Of a DNA stretch of 64,000 nt, positions 27,399-37,051 are shown one piece after another. A program made the position numbers and the translations under genes. Position 1 is the first letter of the stretch, and each line of letters begins with the position of its first letter. This DNA comes from Thermoproteota archaeon (lineage in GTDB: Archaea; Thermoproteota; Thermoprotei_A; Sulfolobales; Ignicoccaceae), in the NCBI GenBank assembly GCA_013154085.1, contig JAADDE010000057.1, forward strand, positions 8 through 64,007, written 5' to 3'. The notes beneath the pieces were generated by a model that did not search any database, was not told the DNA's origin, and was given only the letters and a program-made list of their open reading frames with translations.

Positions 27399-29042
27399 TC
27401 ACGCGTGTATGCTCTCGAGGAAGCCTTCCTCGCCGGTGTCCTTAGTAAGGTAGCTCACTATGATGCCGGCAGCGAAGGACGCCGGTACGCTGTAGAGCGC
27501 CGGCTGGACGAGCACCGGTATCGGCCCGAGCGCCTTCACTCCGCCGAGCCTCAGCAGTACGAACAGCACTGCCACCACTAGGCCGACCAGCATCGAAGCG
27601 ATCGCACCGGCCCTAGTGAACCTCTTCCACCAGAGGTTCATTATGAGAGTAGTAGCGAAGGAGCTGGCCGCTATTCCGAAGGCAAGCACCACGAGGTAGG
27701 ACACGTCGAAGCCCTTCAGCAACAGGCCGCCTATGATAGCTATGGTACCCACTATTGCAGCAACTATCCTGGCTACCAGCAGCTGCTCCTCTTCGCTGGC
27801 CTTGCCTTTCCTTATTATGTTGGCATAGAGGTCGTGGGCTACGCTGTTGGTGGCTGCGACCATGAGGCCTCCTACTGTGGACAGTATCGCGGCGAACGCT
27901 CCGGCCGCTGCCAAGCCCATCAGAAGCTCGCCGCCCAGCATCTTGCCGCTCATTACAACCGGCATGTTCTTGGCCCACGGCGTGTAACCGGTGGCCAGCC
28001 AGCCCACTATCAGTGAGAAGAGCGCGGTGCCGGCGGCGAAGCCCACGAATATGGAGAACAAGTAGAAGCCGCCTATGTTGAATATCGCACCTATGGTGCC
28101 CTTCCTCGCGTCTTCGGGCTTAGGCACCGTGTAGAAGTATATGAGGATGTGCGGGAGCCCCATGGTGCCCAGTATTATGCCCAGCGCTAAGCTGAGCTGG
28201 TTCCACACGTCCCTCGCGAAGGCTCCGGGCTGGACGAGCCTTATGAGCTCCGGATCCTTCTCTAAGGTTATCTTTGCCAGCTCTAGGCTCTTCTGGAGGG
28301 CCATGTGGAAGTTTATGGTGTTTATATCGGGCATGTACTGCTTCGCGAGCTGCTCGTTGACGTATTTAGTTGCCAGCGCGGGAGGCGGAACCTCGTACGC
28401 CTTGTCGAGGATCGCTCCGGGGCCGCCGAAGGCTATGAGATAAGCTATGAATATCAGCAACATCGCGGTCCACAGCACCAGCGCTTGGAACACTTGGCTG
28501 TAGACGGTGGACCTTATCCCGCCCAGCATTACTACCAGCACCACCAGAGCTCCTATGACCACCACCGCGACCGGGTAGGGCCAGTTGAGGAGCAAGCTCA
28601 TCAGCGACCCAGCGCCTATCATCTGGGGTATCATGTAGAAGGTAGATATAATTACAGTCGCTATCATTGCCAGCGCCCTCAGCTCTTGGGCACCCTTGAA
28701 CCTCTCGTTGAGAATGTCGGCAACTGTGAACTTCCCTACCTTTCTGACGTACTCGGCGGCGACTATGAGGACCAGCACCCATCCGGCGAAGTACCCTATG
28801 GGGTCCCATACCCTGTCCAGCCCGAAGTTGCTTATTCCCCCGGCTACGCCGAGAAAGGACGCGGCGCTTAGGTAGTTGGATGTGAGGGCCCACGCTATGA
28901 GTATCCACGGCACCGAGCGGCCGGCGGCGTAGAAGTCTTGTATGCTCCTTACCCTCTTGTAGCTCCACCACGCTATGCCCATAGTTACTAGGGCTACTAT
29001 TATTATCATTATGAGCGCTACCACGGAGAACACGGCCATCAC
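27399..29042 (-). CDS. actP: Cation/acetate symporter, SSS family (ActP-like)
   Basis: FYAAGR, YLSAASFLG, GKFTVAD, YMIPQMIGAG, GTMGLPHIL, AFAAILSTV. Confidence 0.85.
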   Translation of the reverse strand: MMAVFSVVALIMIIIVALVTMGIAWWSYKRVRSIQDFYAAGRSVPWILIAWALTSNYLSAASFLGVAGGISNFGLDRVWDPIGYFAGWVLVLIVAAEYVRKVGKFTVADILNERFKGAQELRALAMIATVIISTFYMIPQMIGAGSLMSLLLNWPYPVAVVVIGALVVLVVMLGGIRSTVYSQVFQALVLWTAMLLIFIAYLIAFGGPGAILDKAYEVPPPALATKYVNEQLAKQYMPDINTINFHMALQKSLELAKITLEKDPELIRLVQPGAFARDVWNQLSLALGIILGTMGLPHILIYFYTVPKPEDARKGTIGAIFNIGGFYLFSIFVGFAAGTALFSLIVGWLATGYTPWAKNMPVVMSGKMLGGELLMGLAAAGAFAAILSTVGGLMVAATNSVAHDLYANIIRKGKASEEEQLLVARIVAAIVGTIAIIGGLLLKGFDVSYLVVLAFGIAASSFATTLIMNLWWKRFTRAGAIASMLVGLVVAVLFVLLRLGGVKALGPIPVLVQPALYSVPASFAAGIIVSYLTKDTGEEGFLESIHA

Positions 29043-29242
29043 CTCCTGAGGTAGTTATAGAGGAGTACGGTTCCCCACGTAATTGGGAACATCAGTAAGG
29101 CGTACGCCAAGCCCACCGTCAGGCCTCCAGCTATGGGGGTTCCGGCGATGTCCTTGAACGCGCCGAAGAGTATTGCCATGCCAAAGTACACCACCAAGTA
29201 CGGCACTATCAGCTTTAGGACATCCTTACCGTTGCGGGCCAC
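29039..29242 (-). CDS. Small 2-TM partner of ActP (DUF485/YjcH-like)
   Basis: Two hydrophobic helices, TPIAGGLTVG, coupled directly upstream of actP. Confidence 0.7.
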   Translation of the reverse strand: MARNGKDVLKLIVPYLVVYFGMAILFGAFKDIAGTPIAGGLTVGLAYALLMFPITWGTVLLYNYLRR

Positions 29243-29350
29243 CTTCCCTCCCTACGACTCTCCACAAAGAGGCTTCACTAAAAAGGATTCTGACTAAACA
29301 GTAGAGCTTATATCTATGAAGGGATAAGGAAACACCATGAGGGACCCTGC

Positions 29351-29773
29351 GTGGAGTCCTTGTTGCTCGCTTACGACGGCTCCGAGCCGTCGAAAAAGGC
29401 GCTGAAGGTTGCTATAGATCTGGCTAAAAAGCTGAACGCAAAGCTCTACATACTCTACGTAGTTGACGTGAGGGCGGCGACGGAGATATTCCCTGACATC
29501 GCCGGTGAAATCGGTGAGAAGCTCCTGGAAACGGCAAAGGAGCTAGTCAACGAAGCGGTCGAGGAGGCCAAGAAGGCCGGCGTGGAGGCTGAGGGCCTCG
29601 TAGAGGCCGGCGTGCCGCCGGAGAAAATAGTCGAAGTGGCCAAGAAGAAGGACGTTAGCATGATAGTCATAGGCGCCCACGGATACGGAGGCATTAAGAG
29701 GCTCCTTATAGGTAGCGTGTCTGATAAAGTGATAAGAATGAGCGACAGGCCGGTGGTCGTAGTTAAGGGTTAA
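29351..29773 (+). CDS. Universal stress protein
   Basis: AYDGSEPS, GAHGYGG...IGSVS, PVVVV. Confidence 0.93.
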   Translation: MESLLLAYDGSEPSKKALKVAIDLAKKLNAKLYILYVVDVRAATEIFPDIAGEIGEKLLETAKELVNEAVEEAKKAGVEAEGLVEAGVPPEKIVEVAKKKDVSMIVIGAHGYGGIKRLLIGSVSDKVIRMSDRPVVVVKG

Positions 29774-29799
29774 TGTTTTTCCGCCCCCGCGGGGAGACC

Positions 29800-30663
29800 G
29801 TGAAGCTTGGAGCTTATGCCAGACTGATAAGAATAGAGCACACCCTCTTCAGCCTGCCTTTTGCCTACTCCGGCGCAGTCCTCGTGAGGGTGCCCACGCC
29901 CAAGGAAGCTGTATTAATATTCACGGCTCTGTTCGGCATAAGGTCGTTCTCGTTAATTATCAATAACATCGTAGACCGCAACATAGATGCGAAGAATCCC
30001 CGCACGGCGAAGAGGCCCTTGGTCAGCGGCGAGGTGAGCCTCGGAGAGGCTTGGGCGCTGGCGTTGCTCTCCTTGACTCTCTACTTCCTTTCGGCATACC
30101 TTTTGAATGCCTATGCCTTGCTCTTGAGTCCAATCTTCCCGATAATGGCCATAATTTATCCATTCATAAAAAGGAAGTACCCATTCGCCCACTTCTGGCT
30201 CGGTGCAATACTCGGCGGCGCGGTAGTGGGCGGAGCCATAGCGGTGTCGGGCGAGGCGGCCAGCTTGTGGGATGCCTTGGCTAGGGTGCCCTGGACGTAT
30301 GCCTTGGCAGTCGCCCTATGGGTCTCTTCCTTCGATATCCTCTACTCAATATTGGATGTCGAGTTCGACCGGAAGGAAGGCCTCCACAGCCTCTCTGCCG
30401 ACTTCGGCGTCGACACTGCAGTTAAAGTGTCCAAGGTTTTAGCCATAACCTTCGCCGGCCTGGCGACGTGGTCCATAAAGCTCTACAATTTGAACGTTGC
30501 ATCTTCCTTCCTGACGGCGAGCGGCGTGTTTCTGCTAGCAAGACTGTACGGCGTTGCGGAGAGGAGTCCGGAGGAGGCCGCGAAGGAGAGCTTGGACGAG
30601 AACGTAAAGGTCGGACTGCTGGTCGGCCTAGCGCCGCTGTTCAAGCTTTTGCCCGTTCCGTGA
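29800..30663 (+). CDS. UbiA-family prenyltransferase (4-hydroxybenzoate/MqnP-like)
   Basis: EHTLFSLPF, NIVDRNIDAKNPRTAKRP, FDILYSILDVEFD. Confidence 0.88.
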   Translation: MKLGAYARLIRIEHTLFSLPFAYSGAVLVRVPTPKEAVLIFTALFGIRSFSLIINNIVDRNIDAKNPRTAKRPLVSGEVSLGEAWALALLSLTLYFLSAYLLNAYALLLSPIFPIMAIIYPFIKRKYPFAHFWLGAILGGAVVGGAIAVSGEAASLWDALARVPWTYALAVALWVSSFDILYSILDVEFDRKEGLHSLSADFGVDTAVKVSKVLAITFAGLATWSIKLYNLNVASSFLTASGVFLLARLYGVAERSPEEAAKESLDENVKVGLLVGLAPLFKLLPVP

Positions 30664-30730
30664 AACTGCCGTCTTACGGCCACCCCCTTATTCCGCTTCC
30701 GGGCCTAAGGTGAGTGGCGGGGTTTAGGCA

Positions 30731-31456
30731 GTGGAGCTCTTAGTTGGCGGCTGGAAGCCCTTCTCGCTGGTCGACGTAACGGGCAGAATAACCTTCACCG
30801 TGTGGTCGTGCGGTTGCAACCTCAAGTGCCCCTTCTGCCACAACTGGAAGCAGGCTGAGTGGATGAACTGCATGCCCTTCCTCGAGACAAAGTTCCTAGA
30901 AGATCTAAAGGAGAGCCGAGACTTCATCGACTACGTCCACTTGACCGGGGGAGAGCCCACGTTGCAGCCGGAGCTGGTGAAGAAGCTGTCGCGGATAAGT
31001 AAGGAGCAAGGAGTGGAGTTCTCGCTGAACACGAACTGCACCACAGCGCCGGCCTTGGAGCTGATCAACCACGCCGATCACGTGGCCTTCGACGTGAAGG
31101 TGCCCTTTCCCCAGCTTTCCGGCCTCGACGGGAAGTCCGGGACGCTCTGGGGAACGTTCGAGAAGTGCACGGACAAGCTGGCCTCCAGCGGAAAGCCGGT
31201 CGAGGTGAGGGTCCCAGTGGCGAGGGGTCTTACGGAGAGGTACGTGGATGAGATTAAGAGAATCGTGCAGAAGTTTGACCCGGAAAAGGCAGTGGTCGTC
31301 GTCAACCCCCTCGTGGGACCGCCGCTTACTGAGCCGCGCGACGAGGAGTGGTGCAAGGAGCACTGCTACCCGGGCAAGTTCAGCCCGCGGGAGGAGCAGT
31401 TTTGGAAAGAACAGTTCCCCGGATATAAGGTGAAGGTAAAGCGGTGGCTCGACTGA
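30731..31456 (+). CDS. Radical SAM activase, anaerobic ribonucleotide reductase activating type
   Basis: FSLVD, GCNLKCPFCHN, TGGEP, FDVK. Confidence 0.85.
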   Translation: MELLVGGWKPFSLVDVTGRITFTVWSCGCNLKCPFCHNWKQAEWMNCMPFLETKFLEDLKESRDFIDYVHLTGGEPTLQPELVKKLSRISKEQGVEFSLNTNCTTAPALELINHADHVAFDVKVPFPQLSGLDGKSGTLWGTFEKCTDKLASSGKPVEVRVPVARGLTERYVDEIKRIVQKFDPEKAVVVVNPLVGPPLTEPRDEEWCKEHCYPGKFSPREEQFWKEQFPGYKVKVKRWLD

Positions 31457-31499
31457 GAATCGAGTTAGAGATCCAAAATTCTGAGCGGTCGGTTAATCT

Positions 31500-31518
31500 A
31501 TGTTGAGGCCCTCAACAT
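31500..31518. promoter_or_regulatory. Perfect 19-bp palindrome upstream of peroxiredoxin TATA box
   Basis: ATGTTGAGG-C-CCTCAACAT; TTTTTATA at 31555-31562. Confidence 0.55.
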
Positions 31519-31594
31519 GGGAAGCCCGGCATTAGGCATTCCGAACCCGCACACTTTTTATAGAACCCATGCTAGGGGTTAACGGAAGAGAGCC

Positions 31595-32287
31595 ATGCCC
31601 GGCGAGATACCCCTCATCGGCGAGAAGCTACCGGAGATGACCGTTCACACCGACCACGGTCCCAAGAAGCTCCCTGACGACTACAAGGGCAAGTGGCTGG
31701 TCATCTTCAGCCACCCGGCCGACTTCACCCCGGTCTGCACCACCGAGTTCGTGGCGTTCGCCAAGAGGTACGAGGACTTCAAGAAGCTGAACACTGAGCT
31801 GCTCGGCCTCAGCGTTGACAACACCTTCAGCCACATAAAGTGGAAGGAGTGGATCAAGGAGAAGCTGGGCGTCGAGATACCGTTCCCGATAATCGCTGAC
31901 CCCCTAGGCACCGTCGCCAAGAGGCTCGGCATGCTCCACCCCGAGGGCGGCGTGGTGACCGTAAGGGCCGTCTTCATAGTAGACCCCGAGGGCAAGGTTA
32001 GGGCCATAGTGTACTACCCGCTCAACGTAGGCAGGAACATCGACGAGATACTGAGGTTGCTCAAGGCTCTGCAGGTGAGCGACAAGCTCGGAAGGGCGCT
32101 CCCCGCCAACTGGCCGAAGAACGAGCTCATCAAGGACCGCGTCATCGTGCCGCCCGCCAGCACCGAGGAGGAGGCGAAGGAGAGGGTCAAGAAGTACGAG
32201 TGCTTCGACTGGTGGTTCTGCCACGAGGAGGGCCCCAAGGAGGACGCCGAGGAGGCCGCAAAGTTCCTCTGCAGGCTCTGCCAGTAA
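31595..32287 (+). CDS. Peroxiredoxin (archaeal Prx6-type)
   Basis: [26 protein letters not shown]. Confidence 0.96.
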   Translation: MPGEIPLIGEKLPEMTVHTDHGPKKLPDDYKGKWLVIFSHPADFTPVCTTEFVAFAKRYEDFKKLNTELLGLSVDNTFSHIKWKEWIKEKLGVEIPFPIIADPLGTVAKRLGMLHPEGGVVTVRAVFIVDPEGKVRAIVYYPLNVGRNIDEILRLLKALQVSDKLGRALPANWPKNELIKDRVIVPPASTEEEAKERVKKYECFDWWFCHEEGPKEDAEEAAKFLCRLCQ

Positions 32288-32324
32288 AAACCCCCTTTTT
32301 CCAAAGCCTTCCCGCTCCTTCTCG

Positions 32325-32375
32325 ATGAAGATCCTATCCCCTCTCCGAGGGGGTGAGGACTGCACCGGATCCTGA
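32325..32375 (+). ncRNA. Box C/D guide sRNA
   Basis: C ATGAAGA, guide TCCTATCCCCTCT, D' CCGA, GGG, C' GTGAGGA, guide CTGCACCGGATC, D CTGA; canonical spacing, targets not assigned. Confidence 0.75.
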
Positions 32376-32396
32376 GGCCTCCGCGTGGGGAAGGCC

Positions 32397-32567
32397 ATGG
32401 ACGAATGCTTCAAGGAGTTCGAGGAGTGCTTCGAGTCCTGCGTTGAGGAGAGCCGCGCGGAGCCCGGCCCTTCGTGCGGGAGCCTCTGCTGGAAGCTCTA
32501 CTGGGAGTGCGAGAGGCACGCCCTGTCGGCAGAGGGGCGGAGGAGGCACCGGCGTTCTCCTCCTTGA
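32397..32567 (+). CDS. Small Cys-rich protein (C-x6-C-x3-C-x11-C-x3-C-x6-C)
   Basis: GTGGGG Shine-Dalgarno-like element, ATG, host-like codons, symmetric Cys spacing. Confidence 0.55.
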   Translation: MDECFKEFEECFESCVEESRAEPGPSCGSLCWKLYWECERHALSAEGRRRHRRSPP

Positions 32568-32570
32568 GGC

Positions 32571-32918
32571 CTATGGATCTATCTCAACGTAGCCGCCCAA
32601 GGAGAGGACCTCCTCGCAGGTTCCGTAGTCGTGGAAGTGTATTTCGAAGGGATAGTCCCAAGGAACTCCGTACTCCTCAATAGCTTTGAATATTATTTTC
32701 TTCTTCACTTCTCTTTTCTTATATTTCTCGGGAACGCATATCAGCACGTCAACGTCGCTCATTATTGTGGTCCTTCCTTCAGCAACGCTCCCTATGACAT
32801 ATACCTTAGCTTCGGGGATCAGCTCCTTAGCAGCTTTAGCTATCTTCCCGACCACTTCCTTCCACATGCGCAGATATCTGGCGTGGTGCTCAGCCCAAGA
32901 CGTCTTTCTCGACCTCAT
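32571..32918 (-). CDS. Minimal nucleotidyltransferase (MNT)
   Basis: IGSVAEG...SDVDVL, FEIH; overlaps upstream HEPN gene. Confidence 0.88.
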   Translation of the reverse strand: MRSRKTSWAEHHARYLRMWKEVVGKIAKAAKELIPEAKVYVIGSVAEGRTTIMSDVDVLICVPEKYKKREVKKKIIFKAIEEYGVPWDYPFEIHFHDYGTCEEVLSLGGYVEIDP

Positions 32919-33306
32919 CGAGGACCTTGAAGAGCTCCTCTACGGCCCTTATCATTCTGAGCGCGCTCGTCCGGCTGGGCTCCCACAGCTCGTACCGCGC
33001 CTCAGAGTAGGCGTCCTCTAGGTCCATCAGCTCCTCCTTGTGCCTTCTCACGAACTCTCTAATCTTCAATGCTTGCTCCTCAAAGCCCTCTTCCGAAAGG
33101 CTCTTGGCCAAGAACCCGGCCAGCTCCCTTATTCCGTGCACTCTCGGGACCTTTCCTACGAGCCTCAGTATTGAGGATTTGAGCCTCAGCTGGGCGGCCT
33201 GCTCCGCGTGGAAGGACGCGAGGTCCGTCCTCTCGAGGCTCTTGGCGAGGTCGAGGAACGCTTCCGCCCTCTCCCTGAGCACCTTCGCCTTCAAGCCCTC
33301 GTTCAA
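32890..33306 (-). CDS. HEPN domain protein
   Basis: FHAEQAAQLRLK, PRVHGIREL, LEDAYSEARY. Confidence 0.88.
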   Translation of the reverse strand: MNEGLKAKVLRERAEAFLDLAKSLERTDLASFHAEQAAQLRLKSSILRLVGKVPRVHGIRELAGFLAKSLSEEGFEEQALKIREFVRRHKEELMDLEDAYSEARYELWEPSRTSALRMIRAVEELFKVLDEVEKDVLG

Positions 33307-33338
33307 GTAGCGCTCCCTAGGGACCTCTGAAGGGGGAG

Positions 33339-34823
33339 TTATTCACAAGCTCTCAGAAACATCTCTCTGGCCCTGCTCACTCCTATGGCTTTGATGAGTC
33401 TCCCGGCTCTGGGGCCTCTGTCCTTGCCGAGCAGGGCCTTGTACACGAACTTGAAGGCCTCCCTCCCGCTCAGGCCCATCTCCTTGGCAACCTCATAGAT
33501 CGTGTTGTGTATCTCTACGGCGTCCATGTCATCCCTCAGCCTTTCGGCCAATTTCCTCAAGAACTCGCATCCCTTCCGGTCCTCCACCTTCCCTTGCTTG
33601 ACCTCCACGCGGTACTCCTCCGGCACGAAGCCTCTTTTAATCCACTCCTCCACGTAGGGAGCTAGGTCCTCCACCGCTTGAGGGTCTCCGGTGAGCTCCT
33701 TGACCTTCTTCCAGTCGCGGTAGATCTGGTAGTAGACCAGCAAGTCAGCGAAGCCGGCCCTCCAGACCCTCTTGCCGCTCAGCTCCCAAGCCCTAACCCT
33801 CTTGGGGTCCTTGTCCTCGCCGAGCGCCACCCTGCGGTACTCCTCGTAGAGGAGGAGCAGGAATTTCGGATCCATTCGGAAGTTCTTATTCTCCTTTATA
33901 TCATGCTTCAGAATGAAGTACATTATCACAGCGGGGTGGAGGAGCGCCATTATGTCGTGGAGCGCTCCTATGCCCTTGCTCTTGCTCATCTTCTTCCCGT
34001 TCATAAGAACGAAGCCGTAGCGGAAGCCCACCGGAGGCTCCTTTCCGAAGACTTCTTCATGAATCCTCTTGGCGGTGTCCCAAGAGCCCCCCTTGGTGAA
34101 GTGGTCCACTCCCCCTCCTTCCGAGTCGACGCCCAAGAAGTCTTGGCGGGAGGGCCAGTCCAGCCTCCAAGCGAGCTTCCAGCGGTGGGACGAGACCTCC
34201 CTAACCCCTTCGTGACCGCACGCCTCGCACTTGTAGTATATCTTGTCGTTCTCTATCTTTTTTACTACAGTCTTATCTATTCTGCCGCACTTTTCGCAGA
34301 CCGGCTTTACGAACCCCCACCAGTCCTTTGGGAGCTTCCTCATGGCAGTTTCTTCCATAATTTTCTTTACCTTCTCCCTCTCTTTCACAAAAAGCCTCAA
34401 GTAGTCGTCGTACCAGCCTTCCTTATACAAGTCGCTGGCCCTCAGAACTTCATCCGGCTTTATTCCGAATTTGTCCATGAGCTCCAAGAATTCTGCCAAG
34501 AAGTGCTCCCCGTAGCTCTCGTGGCACCCGTAGGGGTCCGGGACCTCGGAGAGCGGCTTTCCTAGGTGCGGCCTCAGCTTCTCCTCTTTGTCCTTCAGAG
34601 TTAGAGGGATGTCGTCGAAGGCGTCCATTATGTCTGCGACGAAGACGTACTCAGCGTCGTAGCCCCTCTTCCTCAGCTCCTGCACTATGGAGTAGGGGTA
34701 GATGAACTCGCTGAGCGTGCCCAAGTGAGCGGGGCCGGAGGTCGTCAGGCCCGACGCCACGACGAATGCCCTTCCTCCCCTTTTCTTTATTATTTCATCA
34801 ACGATAGCCTTCAGCCACTCCAC
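33339..34823 (-). CDS. lysS: Lysine--tRNA ligase, class I
   Basis: SGLTTSGPAHLGT, CEKCG/CEACG zinc motifs, KLAWRLDWP, KMSKSKG, GPRAG. Confidence 0.93.
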   Translation of the reverse strand: MEWLKAIVDEIIKKRGGRAFVVASGLTTSGPAHLGTLSEFIYPYSIVQELRKRGYDAEYVFVADIMDAFDDIPLTLKDKEEKLRPHLGKPLSEVPDPYGCHESYGEHFLAEFLELMDKFGIKPDEVLRASDLYKEGWYDDYLRLFVKEREKVKKIMEETAMRKLPKDWWGFVKPVCEKCGRIDKTVVKKIENDKIYYKCEACGHEGVREVSSHRWKLAWRLDWPSRQDFLGVDSEGGGVDHFTKGGSWDTAKRIHEEVFGKEPPVGFRYGFVLMNGKKMSKSKGIGALHDIMALLHPAVIMYFILKHDIKENKNFRMDPKFLLLLYEEYRRVALGEDKDPKRVRAWELSGKRVWRAGFADLLVYYQIYRDWKKVKELTGDPQAVEDLAPYVEEWIKRGFVPEEYRVEVKQGKVEDRKGCEFLRKLAERLRDDMDAVEIHNTIYEVAKEMGLSGREAFKFVYKALLGKDRGPRAGRLIKAIGVSRAREMFLRACE

Positions 34824-34870
34824 TGGAGCCCCCGCGTACTGGCACGGGGGACATAAAGGGAACCTTCCCT

Positions 34871-35680
34871 TCAGCTTTCCCATATGAGGTTTGCCTTGCC
34901 GTAGGCGACGGCGTAAACTTTGGTATCAATACCTAAGTCCTCAGCGAACTTTTGAAACGCGGCCACCGCGTGGGCGAGCTCTGCGGTAGCCACGACTTTC
35001 TTTTCCTTTGCTTTGGTAACTATTTCCTTTATCAGCTGGACTGCCCTTCCGGGGTTCAAGAGCGCCTCGGGCTCGTCAATAACGACCAAGTCGGCGTCGC
35101 TCTCCAAAGCAGCCAAGGTTAAGTAGGCGCTCAGCGCCCCGGTGCACTTCCAGTCTTCGAACATCTCCTCTACCTTTTCCATTGCTCTAGTATATATTCT
35201 ATCCATTAAGCTCGACGCTTCGTAGTCGGTTGGTCTCAGCGACATAAGCAGTATATTCTTGAATTCGTTGCCCACTACGTTCTCCACCATCTCCGCGAGA
35301 ACCCTCAGCGGATTGCTCAGCCCTTCAGCCTCCAGCTCGCTCCTAACCTTCTCTGCGTAGCGCTTCAGCACGAAGTGGAACGGCACTACAAACCTCCTCT
35401 CGCTTAGGTAGATAGCCTTGCCGTACGGAAATCCCGTGAGCTCGAGCCTCTCTGCGTCAAATGCCCTCTCGCCGAGCTCCGCGCGGCCCTTCCGGGGCGG
35501 CTCCAAATGATCGTATATTGTGAGCAGAGCGTCTTGGGCGCTCTCCGCGGAGTACAAGGCCTTCGCAGTCCTGGCGAGCAGTCCCTTGCCGGAGCCGCTG
35601 ACGCCGACCAAGACAGTGAGCTGGCCCAGCTCTAAGGAGACGTCGTCGAAGGGCCCCAGCCCCTTCACCCGCAGTTTCAA
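34871..35680 (-). CDS. Degenerate ABC/AAA_21-type ATPase
   Basis: KGLGPF, GVSGSGKG Walker A, VVIDEPE Walker B. Confidence 0.65.
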   Translation of the reverse strand: MKLRVKGLGPFDDVSLELGQLTVLVGVSGSGKGLLARTAKALYSAESAQDALLTIYDHLEPPRKGRAELGERAFDAERLELTGFPYGKAIYLSERRFVVPFHFVLKRYAEKVRSELEAEGLSNPLRVLAEMVENVVGNEFKNILLMSLRPTDYEASSLMDRIYTRAMEKVEEMFEDWKCTGALSAYLTLAALESDADLVVIDEPEALLNPGRAVQLIKEIVTKAKEKKVVATAELAHAVAAFQKFAEDLGIDTKVYAVAYGKANLIWES

Positions 35681-35779
35681 TCAGGAACCCCTACATGGGA
35701 TCCCCAGCGCCCGGAGGTTTTGAAGTGAGAGCCGAGGACCGCTAAAATAACTCTGGAAGCGTGTGGGCGAAGGGGAGAC

Positions 35780-36328
35780 ATGAAGGCAGTTCCGTTCATC
35801 CCGACGCCGATTAAGGTAGTTAAGGCGGCTCTTGAGCTGGCCAAGGTCGGGCCCCGGGACGTGGTCTACGACTTGGGGAGCGGCGACGGGAGGGTCGTCG
35901 TGCTCGCCGCCAAGCTCTTCGGGGCGCGGGCCGTAGGGGTGGAAATTGACGATGCTTTAGTTATACTTTCAAAAATGAAAGTAAAGGAGGAGGGACTGGA
36001 AGAAAAGGTAACAATACTGCAGAAGGACTTCAGGGAGGTGAGCCTCGAAGATGCCACTGTAGTGTATTTGTATATCTACTACGATGTAATTAGGGATATG
36101 TTATTGGATAAGCTCAAAGAACTGAAACCCGGGGCCAGAGTGGTAACGCTGGAAATACCGGTGCCGGGGTGGATGCCGGTGGCGAAGAGGGGGGTTCAAG
36201 ACGAGGCCGGCGTCGTGAGGACGCTGTATTTATACATAAAGGGGCTCTCGGACCCGGAGTCCTGGAAGAACGAGGAAGCCGACACGTCTTGGAAGGAGGA
36301 GTTCCGGAGGAGGCTGTGGGGGAGATGA
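35780..36328 (+). CDS. Class I SAM methyltransferase, archaeal protein-lysine methyltransferase (aKMT)-like
   Basis: VPFIPTP, YDLGSGDGR, GVEID, ATVVYLY, LKPGARVV. Confidence 0.82.
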   Translation: MKAVPFIPTPIKVVKAALELAKVGPRDVVYDLGSGDGRVVVLAAKLFGARAVGVEIDDALVILSKMKVKEEGLEEKVTILQKDFREVSLEDATVVYLYIYYDVIRDMLLDKLKELKPGARVVTLEIPVPGWMPVAKRGVQDEAGVVRTLYLYIKGLSDPESWKNEEADTSWKEEFRRRLWGR

Positions 36329-36732
36329 GAAGGGAGGCCCGCCTGTGGTTGCTGAGCGCCCTCGAGGACTTGGAGGACGCAGAGGACATGCTGAAGAGAG
36401 ACAAATGCTTCAGAGCAGCATCCTTCGCACAGCAGGCAACGGAGAAGGCCCTAGAGGCGCTCTACTTCGTGGTCCTCCGTAGAGAGCCTCCCAAGACTCA
36501 CATAGTCACGGAGCTGTACAGGAGGCTCAAAGAGGGCAGCTTCTCCTTACCTAAGGACGTTGAGAAGAAAATATACGTGCTGAACAAGTATTACACCGTT
36601 ACACGCTATCCCGACGCGGCCAACGGGCTCCCCTCCGAGAGCGTCGACTGCTTTGAGGCCGAGAGAGCGTTGAGCATCGCGATGGAGGTGGTAGACTTTG
36701 CGAAGAGAAGACTTGAGGAGGAAGGCGCTTGA
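36325..36732 (+). CDS. HEPN domain protein
   Basis: WLLSALEDL, AQQATEKAL, PKTH, YTVTRYPD; ATGA overlap with upstream gene. Confidence 0.88.
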   Translation: MRREARLWLLSALEDLEDAEDMLKRDKCFRAASFAQQATEKALEALYFVVLRREPPKTHIVTELYRRLKEGSFSLPKDVEKKIYVLNKYYTVTRYPDAANGLPSESVDCFEAERALSIAMEVVDFAKRRLEEEGA

Positions 36733-37051
36733 GGCCGCCAGGAGGTTGCTCGCAGCACTGGAGAGAGAAGGAATAAAGATCAAGGAGGCCTATCTGTTCG
36801 GGAGCTACGCTAGGGGAGACTTCTTGGAGACGAGCGACGTAGATCTCATTGTAATCTCCGAGGACTGGAGGGGCATGAGGTTCTTAGATCGGCTGGAGCT
36901 CGTGTACAGGCTGGAGTGGGAAGAGGGAATAACCCCTTGGGTAGAGGTCCTCCCCCTAACTCCGGAAGAAGCGGAGCGCAGGTCTGCAGTGCTTGAGGAC
37001 GCCCGGAAGTACTGGATTAGGGTGATGAACCAGACTGAGGCCGATGGGTGA
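36698..37051 (+). CDS. Minimal nucleotidyltransferase (MNT)
   Basis: LFGSYARGD...SDVDL, LTPEE. Confidence 0.88.
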   Translation: MRREDLRRKALEAARRLLAALEREGIKIKEAYLFGSYARGDFLETSDVDLIVISEDWRGMRFLDRLELVYRLEWEEGITPWVEVLPLTPEEAERRSAVLEDARKYWIRVMNQTEADG

